Assembly: GCA_965153355.1 (NCBI GenBank)
Contig: OZ231126.1
Span: 2,046,001 to 2,110,000, forward strand
Length of the DNA: 64,000 bases
Reading direction: 5' to 3'
Origin: Flaccisagitta enflata
Taxonomy: Eukaryota
The notes under the pieces were generated by a model, which worked only from the letters and a program-made list of their open reading frames with translations, did no database searches and was not told the origin of the DNA. The position numbers and the translations under genes are program-made. Every line of letters starts with the position of its first letter. Position 1 is the stretch's first letter. Positions 1 through 10,106 of this stretch are shown here, one piece after another.

Positions 1-42
1 CTCAATTCCACTTTTGCTTTTCTCGCTTATTTAACCTTGATT

Positions 43-2487
43 CCCGCGAAGCGGAGAAAAACATACGATGTGATTCTGATTTCCGAATGATGCTAGATTT
101 TTTTTCCTTTCACTCATTGCCTATTTAATTACTATTATTGAATGATACCCGATCCCGCGCAGCGGAGAAAATTGGCATATGGCAAAAAATGATAATAGTG
201 ATGAATGAAATAGCCATGAATTAAAACCCGCACAGCGGAGAAAAATTGAAAAATAATCAGAATTTTAATTTTTATTCTTTTTTTTGTTTCTCGAATAAAA
301 ATAAGATAGATTCATTCAATCTAACCAGTGATGTGACTCAAATATTCATTAAAATCAAACAAATGAAATAGCCTAACAAAATGAATTATGCATATCATAA
401 ATGCCAAATCCATAATTTTAGAATATTTTATTTTAATAACATTATTCAAGCTAAAATAAGACAAGATTTTGTATATCAAAAATCCTGCAAAATACTGCAT
501 ATTTAGCTGATGCCTACCCTTGTTTAAATGTCTAGACGGATGCCTAATTATTATTTCTGTTTTCATACCCGCTCGGCGGAGGTAGAATTATTGATTCTGT
601 TTTCATACCCGCTCGGCGGAGGTAGAATTATTGATTCTGTTTTCATACCCGCTCGGCGGAGGAAAATGCATTTTTGATTCTGTTTTCATACCCGCCCAGC
701 GGAGAAAAATGCATATTGTTTACTTCGGAAAATGTCGGATTAAGTTAGATATAACCTTTCCCACAAAGTGGAGGCATTAATAGGCACCTTACCCACAAGG
801 TGGAGGCATTAATAGGTACCCTTCCCACAAGGTGGAGAACTTAATAGTAACTATTCCCACAAGGTGGAGACATTAATATTTATTTAGCAACTGCCCATTA
901 TTGTACCCGCTATAGCGGAGGATTAAAACCATTAAAGCATGGGCGGATGCCCTAAACATTGCCCGCTAAGCGGAGGAAATTAGCTACTGGTAGCTTCGGC
1001 AGTATGCGCAAAAATTCCCCTAAGAAAGGGAGAGGTTCAATACCTTATGTTGACTAGGCTGAGGCCTAAGAATAGCCCGCTAGGCGGAGATAAAATACAT
1101 ATCCTTAGCTTCGGCAGAATGCGCAAATTTTTTGCTATGCTATAAAAAAAAAAAAAAAAAAAAAACTTTGCAACAATGTTAGGATCAATTAAAAATAATA
1201 GCGCATTATTAAAAATGATATGCATAATTCATCTTACCATAAACAGTATCATAAATTCTGAATAATATTACATAAACCCGTTGAACGGAGAAAACATAAT
1301 TGTGAGATTCAATTTCCTTTCTTAAGCCAAGAGCACCCAAGCTCACTCATGATTGAAGTTTTTTATTTTTAAAGAAAATCCTTAGTCATCAGAAGATACA
1401 GAAATGAAATCATAGAATAGCTACCAGCAAAATATCATTAAATTGTAATCAATACTAAAATCCCCGTAACGGATAAATGATTAATTATGAAAAATATTCA
1501 ATACTGGGCTAACTAATGGTTATTCAGTATGAATTGACTAAATCCCGCGAAGCGGAGAGTAAATGTTATGCCCATTACTATCTTTGACAGTATAGGAAAT
1601 TATTTTAATAACTCAAAATAACCATTAGTTGGCAGCTAGTAGAAAATTTTTTAAATGCTCAAACCCCAACAGGGAAGATATTGATACCCGCTAAGCGGAG
1701 GTAAAATCCATGATACACGTAGCATAAATTTAATATCAACACCCGCAAAGCGGAGAAATAATTTATGAGCATGAATCATGATTTTGATACTAATACCCGC
1801 GAAGCGGAGAAATATTCATGATGCATGAAACATGATACTTAATATTGATACCCGCGAAGCGGAGAGAAGATCATGATGCACGTAGCATAATACTTGATAC
1901 TGAAACCCGCAGAGCGGAGAGAAAAGAAATTAGTAATGCATAAAATGATACTTAATGCTAATACCCGCAAGCGGAGATAAATTCATGATACTTAATACTG
2001 AAACCCGTGAAGCGGGGAAGAAAATTCTAAAATGATTTTTTTTTATCTAAATAATTATACTGCAACTATTTAAAGAATTGCATGACATGATGCTTTATAC
2101 TAAATCCCAAAGATGGGAAGAAAAGCATGAAATTCTTTTATCCTTGGTATAAATTGCCTAAACCCGCGCAGCGGAGAATGAGATCAAAAATTTTTTTTAC
2201 TTTTGCTCATATGAATGATATTGAAACCCGCAAAGCGGAGAAACAAAAATTTTTTGATATTGAATCCCACGGAGCGGGGAAGAAAATCATGATGCACTAT
2301 GATTTTAATGATCATTGATGTTAAAAAATTGTCCCCGCGTAGCGGATGAAGAAAATCATGATGCACTATGATTCTAATGATCATTGATGTTAAAAAGTTG
2401 TTCCCGCGTAGCGGATGAAAAATGTCATGATGCAATATGATTTTAATGATGATTAATGTTTTAAAATGTTCCCCGCATAGCGGATGA
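43..2487 (+). repeat. Dispersed array of about 30 co-oriented mini-hairpin motifs (consensus CCCGC-N3-GCGGAG) in AT-rich, partly repeated spacers; may continue left of the window
   Basis: Copies read at about 43, 154, 227, 568, 608, 648, 691, 760, 792, 824, 856, 906, 962, 1076, 1277, 1462, 1544, 1687, 1742, 1796, 1851, 1906, 1964, 2004, 2106, 2163, 2227, 2266, 2333, 2403 and 2471. Local tandem blocks of 40 nt (568-690), 32 nt (760-870), ~55 nt (1687-2020) and ~69 nt (2266-2487). Confidence 0.93.
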
Positions 2488-2838
2488 AATAAATCAAAAA
2501 CCTATTTGTTAGCTTCGGCAGAATGCGCAAATTTTTTTTGATATGAGCAAAAACTTGAAGAATAGATCATGATTGACAAAGATTTTTTTTTAGAAAAATG
2601 TTAAGATAATACATGGCATCACGGAAATCAGAATTACATGAAATCACCCTCATAAAAGTCACTTTTTTTTCATTCATGATATGATAGTAATTGAGTTGAA
2701 CGCACCCGAAATATACATGAAAATAAGGAAACCGGATATGAGAAAGAAAATGCATTTAATAACATGATCATAACAAAAACAAATGAAACTTCCGCTACAT
2801 CGAGTTGTACAAAAATGTTTTGCTTTAAGTCGAGATGA

Positions 2839-3315
2839 GTGATTAAACTGTTTTGTTATTGTTTATGCACTATGTTTTGTTTACTCACAGAACAAATAAT
2901 TAAAGTGGCTGAATCTGTTGACACTACATCGATTGCTAGGCAAGCCGAGCAATTGGTAGAAAAAACCAAAGACGAACTTTTGCTAGAGTATAAGAGGCAA
3001 TTGTCTCAAAGTCAATTGAGAAATACGATCCATCAGTGCATAAATAGCAATTTGAGCGACAAAATCGAACTGATAAGAATCGAAAATCGTCATCTTAAGA
3101 CATTGAACAAAAATCTTCGCGAATTAGCCATCTCGAGTGAAGCAGCATTACAAAACAATACTCTTGACACTAGAATTAAAATACTGCGTGAATTAGTGAG
3201 AAATTGGCGTGAAAGCGTAACAACTTTGGAGGCGGCAAACACCGCTAACGACGCTCTTCGGCAACGGGCGGAAATCGAGGCGCTTGAATATCGACAAAGG
3301 CTTGAGGATATTTGA
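2839..3315 (+). CDS. Short predicted coiled-coil ORF (up to 158 aa; first ATG at 2872) directly upstream of the giant ORF
   Basis: Open frame with heptad-like E/L/R/Q-rich sequence (IELIRIENRHLKTLNKNLRELA; ANDALRQRAEIEALEYRQRLE). Its TGA (3313-3315) lies 2 nt before the next ATG (3318). Confidence 0.55.
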   Translation: MIKLFCYCLCTMFCLLTEQIIKVAESVDTTSIARQAEQLVEKTKDELLLEYKRQLSQSQLRNTIHQCINSNLSDKIELIRIENRHLKTLNKNLRELAISSEAALQNNTLDTRIKILRELVRNWRESVTTLEAANTANDALRQRAEIEALEYRQRLEDI

Positions 3316-3317
3316 GG

Positions 3318-6300
3318 ATGGAAAGGGACGGTATTAGAGGCGTGAGCTTGGAGTGTGGTGCTTGTGATGTCGTTGGCAGCCCGTTGGAGTCTGAATGGAG
3401 GTTGTTTTTGAATTGCCCTCATAGTGTGCACAAAGAATGTGCGGAAGGATGTGAGGGAGTCTGTCCCAAATGCGGATCCGCGTCGCCGTTCAGAATTGTC
3501 AATAGGGAGATTGTCACGTCCATCGAATTGGATAAGAGATTAAAGAAGGCGCTGAACAAGCACGAGACGAAAAAGAAGCATCTGATGGCGACGTTGGACC
3601 GTTCGGCGGGGGCATGGAGAAGTTTGGATCGCGTGATGAAATATCGCGTAGTGCAAGCGAGAGAGAAGCGGAAGTGGAGAATTAAGCAGAGGCTGCACAA
3701 CGAAAAGAAAGGGCGTAGATTGAATGACGCCGATGACGACGCCGAATCCGTCGGCACTTCCGGCGACGCCGAGGAATCCGCCGATAACGCCGCCGACGCC
3801 GCCAAATTAGGTGGCGAGAGTCGATCGGTGGAAGGCGAGGAAACGGGGGAGGAGAGAGACAAGCCATATCGAGGCGCGGAGACGCCGGATTCATCGGTCA
3901 TTCCTCCAATACCTGAGGAAGTGAGAAGAGAAGAGAAAGAAAGGCGTGACAAGGAAGAAATGGATAAAGCCTGGAAAGCGGTCAAAGAGGACATAATCAG
4001 AGGTTTGGGTGAAGATTTTGAAGGCGAGCCTGAAAAGGCAGCAGAGCTGTGTCTGTCCAACTTATTATTGGACGTCATTCAGTCGCATGAAATGCAGGAT
4101 GATTTGGCTCGCCAATGCGTTGGTTACCTAGACAACGTCACGGAGAATCAGGCGTTAGTGATGGAGTCGTTGTCCAAGACTCAACCGACGTTGTACAACG
4201 ACCTCATGGAGGCTCTTCCGGATGCTGAGGAAGACTTGAATGAGGCAGCGAGAATCATTTCTGAAATGAACAAGGAAAGAAATTATCAAAGGCACGCTCT
4301 TGAGCAACTTACAAAGTTCCAATCGACGCTGGAAATACGTCAAAGGGAGCAAAAAGAAGAAGATGAGGGCGTCGACAGGTCACCAAAGCCCCTTCAAGCC
4401 GTCCAAGAGACGATAGAACTGGGCAAAGAATTTGGGATCCATATCCAGACGATAAGGTCTGACGCCGCCGATCGCGTAGCCCTAGAAATGGAAAGAAGAG
4501 GAAGGGATTTGCCGGTTAATGCGTCAATCGTTGACATAATGACCATGTGTGACCTAAACAGAGAGATTCCTCCTCAGGGCAGAAGAGTTGACGTCTTCAA
4601 ATTCGACCGGGAAAAGCCCCCAAATTCCATCCCTGAATTGGTGAAGGAGGTGGAAGAATTAAAAAGGCAAAGAAACAGTTTTGCCTTGATGCTCAAAATG
4701 ACAGCCATTAGGCTTGAAATTTCAGAAAGGGGGATAAGAAACAGAGATAACACGCATGCAAAAATGGTTAGATTCCAAGAAGTGCGTCAAGAGCAGAACG
4801 AAGAAGTGCACATGGCCTTTGAAGTATTTATTTCCATGCTTCTTTCCGAGCTTTGCCGTGAAAGATTGATCCGGCAAGAGGCCCTCAAGATTTTGGAGGA
4901 GGTTCCCGAAAGAGCATCAGCCATGGTGGCCATGTTCAGGATGGACGGTCCACAAGATGACATGGGTGAAAAGAAAAAGATGACAATTCATCGAGATTCC
5001 ATGGCCTGTGACATCGATTTGGTGTCAAGAAAGTTGGCGACGGGGTTACCGCCTGAAGAAAAAGAAGAGAGGCTGGCGCAAATCAAAGATGGCATGACCC
5101 AGAAAATGAATCTGGTTTGGGCTGAGCCTCAGCCGGTGGACAAAAGATGGACCAAAGGTATGGCAGAAGCTCTATGGGAAGAGATGACCAATCCCGTACC
5201 GCAACTGGAATCCCTCGAAAGGAAAGAGGAGGAAGACAAAGGACCTTTGCCGCCAATAGTGCCGCTGTCCGATGAGAGGAGACAAGAGGCCCTGAACTTA
5301 GCAATCGCGGAAAGTGGAGGACCAAGATTGGGCCCTCATGATTCATACAAACCGCTTAGTCAGACAGAAAGAAGAGCGTTCATCAACGATCCATGGGTGC
5401 AAAAGATGAACAACGACTTCATGATGTGGAGCAACATCAATCTGCTCAAAATCCCAATTGATTACGAGGGGGTTAGAAAGGAGTGGGAGGATGCAGATTT
5501 GGAGACGGAGGAGGAAAAGGAAGAGAAGAAGAAGAATAAGAAAGGAAAGGAAGGAAAAAAGCAAAAGAGCAAGAAGGCCAAAGAAGGAGAAATGCTAACA
5601 ACAAAAGAAGAGTTGGAAGAAATGAAGAAGAGGGGAGGAGAAGACCAAGAAAAGACGGGTAAGGCGGGAATGATGGTCCAATGGACAAATCCCGACGGCT
5701 CATTGGAATTGCAATATTTCCCGCCCGAAGAAATTCCACGTCTGATAGAGGCCGAAAGAAGAGTAAATCAAAGAAAGGAGATTGAAAGGGAAATGAACGC
5801 CTTCTTTGGAGTCAAGAATTCTGACAGCGAAGATAGCAGTGAAGAAGATGAAAAATCCAAACCGCAAAGTTCACCGCCATCAAAAGCATCGCCCAGAGGC
5901 GCGAGTGGTAGTTCACCGAAGGCGATGTCTCTCCACACCCATTCAAGACAGCCAACACCGGGCAGAGGCCGTCCAGGTGCGTCTAGTTCCCCGTCAAACA
6001 TGGGAAAGACGTTCAGAGGCCCGAGGGAATTGACGTGCTGGCATTGTGGGATCAAAGGTCACCACATAAATGATTGCCCCACGATCAAGTGTTGGCGGTG
6101 CGGTGAAACAGGTCATCATCAAAAGGTCTGCCAGGCCCCGAAAACGACGAAGGAAATCTGGGATGGGGCCGACAAAGATGGCAAGAAAGAGAAGAAGGAT
6201 GACGACCAAGACAAGAAGAAAGATGGAAGTGGGCCGTCAATCTGTGCGGTAGAAATGGTGGAAATGGAAGGTCCTTCAGAAAATGAAGAGGAAGAAGAGA

Positions 6301-9300
6301 AGGAGCAGTTGGCTATGTTGGAGGAGGTTGAGTCCGACGACGATTGGATTAACCATCCACCTGGTCTTGCTTATCCCAGCTCTGAATCAGAAACCGAGAA
6401 TGATCTGATTGACAACAAGTCGATTGTGTTGGAAGAAGAGATGCAACAGAAGCTGAGCAAAAATCAGAAAAGAAAGCTCAGAGTGAAGAGGAAAAAAGAG
6501 TACAAAAAATCGCTTAGAGCAGCCTCTGATGGCACAAACACAATTGCAGCCCAGTCAGAGGAGCCAATTGCAGAAGCAAGCCCTGAAGGAGCAGAAGGTC
6601 ATTCAAAAGCTCCACCAACTCTTCCGTCAGAAGCACCGGCGACAAACAGCCAAGGGGCAACCTCAGACACATTGATCATGTCTGAGCGACAAAAGAAAGA
6701 TGAGCAAATCAAAGAAATGATAGCCATTGAGCCTAAAGGAGGAGATATGGTTTTTAAAGTAGTTGACAAGATGCTACTCAACCGTCTCTTCGAAAGCGTG
6801 CTGGAGGAGAATGTAAAGGAAATGGTGCTCAGCTTCCAGGGCCAATTCTTTCGTCAAGGCTACGAGTCCACCTCCAATGAGGGCATATTTGTCCCAGAAG
6901 CACAGATGACAATCCAGGAAGCCCTTGGATATCATTTTTTGATCTGGCATTGCGAAGATTGGATCGTTCAGAAATATGGGGAAAAACCCAAGTTGCGAAC
7001 TGAAGCAGAAATGCAAGACATCAATGCAAAGAAGATTTCTGCAATATGCAGAATGCTTCACTATGCACGAAGGTGCGCGAAATTGATGAAAATCAAAGGT
7101 GACATCAAATCAAACGAATCTCATGCAATCACCATGTGTGCTGTTAACGCCGGCAGTGATGATGAAATGGAGCACGAGGCATCTAAAGGACAAGAGGTGA
7201 TTGTCGATTCAGAAGAGGAGAGTGAAGTACCGGTGATCAAAGTCCTCGGGGGCGACGATGATGAAACCGACGCACCTCCGCGCATCATTGACGCTAGACC
7301 TCTGGATTGTCACAAAGTGTGCCAGGCTTACACATCAGCTCATGACAGTCTGATACCCGAGATAGCCGACAAAATGGAGCAAGGACCGCCCGATGACGAT
7401 TTGCAATTTGGGGATACAATCCAAAGTGAATATTTGAACAAAGGCGAAAGTAACCTTGGGGACAAAAAAAATGGCGGATTTTTGAAACCTTTCTTTTGAA
7501 CCATAACGCGATACAACGTAAGAAAAATGGATTAAACTTGGTGATGCCTGTAAAGCCCTTCAAAACATCTTTCATTTGAGTCGTGTCTGGTATCTGTAGC
7601 TTTATCCGATTAGAAATGGCATAGGTTTGAAGAAAAATATCACCAATTGGAAAAAGGGCAAATATTGTCTTTTTTTTCGATTAGCAATTTTTGTCTCAAC
7701 GTTTTTCTTAATAATGCAATTCAGAATTGCCACAGCTACTTGATATCCGTGAGCAAATTAAAGAGCTTTGAATTTTCTTCAAAATGGCGCCAAGAACGAA
7801 TTTGTTACTCAATGCGTTTAGTTTCTATGTTTCAACAAACAAAAACATGCAAATCCTAAAGTGAATTCTCAAATTCCAGACAACCTGTTTTCATCCCAAT
7901 GCCATTTCTAAACGAAAAAAGCTAGGACAAGCAGCAACGTCTCATTTGAAAGATCTTTCGCAGAGCTTCAAAATGGTCACCAATTTTTTATAGTTTTTCG
8001 CAATTTAAGATAGATAGAATTAGTTTTCCAAAATCCGCCATTTTTTATGTCCCCAAGGTTATCGAAATTGTATCCAGGTCTCAAACAGTCATCATTCTCT
8101 CGAGAGAACAAGGTCAGGGCAAAGTAGGCATGATCTCGTATGACAGCATGCAGCATCAAGACATGGTGAAGAATGGTGGCTGGTTGCACGACGAGAGTGA
8201 AATGGAAGAGCTAGAAAAGCAGATCTTATCGGGTGAGAAATCAGGATCAATCATGAAATTGCACAAAAGAATCGAAGGGACGGACAAAGTGGCCCTCGTC
8301 AAAGCTTTATGGTCACCAGGCAAAACAATCATACGACCAAGAAATCCGTCACCCGGGCTATCGCCTGTCGAATTCATCCATTACCTGCGCTGCCAAGGCA
8401 ATCAAGACGCGATTGTGGGGCAGGAAATCTCAGCGGCGTTCACACAGATTGATGGCAAAACCGTTGTTGAGCTTTCGGCGGCGAAAAGAAAACGTTCGCC
8501 ATCTCCATTCGAGAAAAACAAGAGGAAGGACAGCGACGTCAACATCGTGGGCGCCATCACCATCGACGACGATATCACCAGCGGTGACAACGACGAGAAT
8601 TTCATCCCAAACGTCCGCCTGGAAGAAGTTGAAGGGGATGAAGAGGAGGAGGAAAGGCGAGAAGAGGTGAATGAAGAGGCAATCGATCAAGTTGCGGAGC
8701 AGCAACCAGGCGCATCTGCAGCATCAAACACTTCATCTGCGGAGGAAACCCAAAACCAAACTCCGGCAGATGAAGGTCCCTCAGCAACGCCACTCACGGC
8801 AGAATCATTGGAAGTGGTGCGACCAAAGGCGTTGACAAAAAGCCAAGAAGAATTATTGGCAGAAATGGCAGTAATGGCGGGTAAATTGGAGAAAAAGAAC
8901 AAAGAAGTGGCCTGCCTCGTCAACAAGGTTAAAAAGCTTAAATGGGAGCTCAATCTTCGTTCACCCGTGGACAGATGGAAGGTGTTGAAGGGCAAATGGC
9001 CAAGAACCCCTTCGATGGAAATGAAAGCGGAAATTGTCGGAGTCCCCTTGCACATCTTGGAGCAAAACGAATTGCTGATGGAGTTGAATCAGTCGGAGGT
9101 GGCAGGAAGGGCGATGATATCCGGCGAAATCCGTCAAGCTGGCGAGACGATAACGGAAGCGGTAAATCGTCTCGGTCCAATGGGACTGAAAAATAGGAGA
9201 AAAGAATTACAAGCCAGCTCGGATTTGGAATGGAAAAAGTTAGTCCCCAAAACCTACGACGAGATCAAGGAAGAGGTTTTGGAGGCCGCGCGTGCGGAAG

Positions 9301-9497
9301 AGCAGCATTATCACTTCCGCGCGGAACGCATCGCAACACGCGCGAGAGAAAGATACCAGCCCGCGGAATGGTATTTTGGTCCTTCCTTCGGCGAGCTCTT
9401 GGAGCAGGAAGCCGAAAATAGAAGGCGAATCAACGCGGCGCGACAAGGTTCTTTCCAAGCGAATGTCACGCAATTGGACGACGACAAAAGTGGCTAA
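3318..9497 (+). CDS. Giant Gag-like/unknown protein (~1,856 aa after removing the MITE at 7453-8061): N-terminal RING-H2, coiled coils, acidic/basic tracts, two CCHC zinc knuckles; interrupted in this copy
   Basis: ORFs 3312-7499 and 8130-9497 share a frame. Deleting the MITE plus one TA gives ...NKGES|IEIVSRSQTVIILSREQGQGKVG-MISYD... with no stop. RING-H2 pattern C-x2-C-x16-C-x-H-x2-H-x2-C-x7-C-x2-C at ~3354-3473. CX2CX4HX4C twice (CWHCGIKGHHINDC, CWRCGETGHHQKVC) at ~6036-6131. Confidence 0.85.
7453..8059. mobile_element. Non-autonomous foldback MITE with TA target duplication (Tc1/mariner-type by TSD)
   Basis: Termini ACCTTGGGGACAAAAAAAATGGCGGATTTT / AAAATCCGCCATTTTTTATGTCCCCAAGGT, imperfect inverted similarity for roughly 200 bp inward, TA at 7451-7452 and 8060-8061. 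Confidence 0.92.
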
Positions 9498-10106
9498 AGA
9501 GACAATCTAAACAAATACGGACAATCCATGGAAATTGTCCGAATTGCAAATGTTTTGGAAAAACAAAATACCGTTGCTTTGATATTGTACGAGGTTGATG
9601 TTAGAAAAATAATCAAATTACGTGAACTGGTTTATGCGAGATGGAATTGAAAACGCGTATAAAACGTTCTACTTTTGCATGTTTGAAAATTCTGCAAGGC
9701 CAAGTAAAACCCGCATTGCTTTAAATCATGCTTAAAAATATCATGTTACTCTCGCATTAAATATTGAATTGCCAAAAGCAACCCATTGCATAATTTTTCT
9801 CGCCCGTGTAAGATACTATGATGGTCTAGTATTTGACGTCATATTCTATTGCCAGTGTTCTAAGAATTGCCATAAAATTGCCACTTCGCATTATTGATCA
9901 CTTAAACATTTTCATATTTTCTCTCAACTCAAATTCATGTTACATGTTCTTTTATATCAAAACAGGTTTCAGGAGAAAAAAATTGATAAGAAGAAAAGCT
10001 TCTTTTGCAAGCTCTTGGTTTGAACTCTTAAATAACAATTCGGAACATTCTAATCGAACATTTCGGAAGAAACATATTGAACATTTTCGATCAATAACCT
10101 GCGAGA

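Noticed and set aside
991-1127. U6 snRNA or HDV-like ribozyme suggested by GCTTCGGCAG
   Set aside because: Match is only ~10-12 nt; no U6 ACAGAGA box follows and I could not build the HDV nested pseudoknot by eye.
43-2487. CRISPR array
   Set aside because: Repeat only ~14 nt with a variable centre, irregular spacing, spacers related to each other, no cas genes, eukaryotic context.
7450-8057. MITE acting as a clean spliceosomal intron (introner)
   Set aside because: The terminal GT (7450) and AG (8056-8057) would remove 608 nt and shift the frame; only DNA-level excision of 609 nt restores it exactly.
3419-9473. Antisense and alternate-frame ORFs over the giant ORF (also over the Bel/Pao ORFs)
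   Set aside because: Shadow frames of long coding sequence with no independent support.
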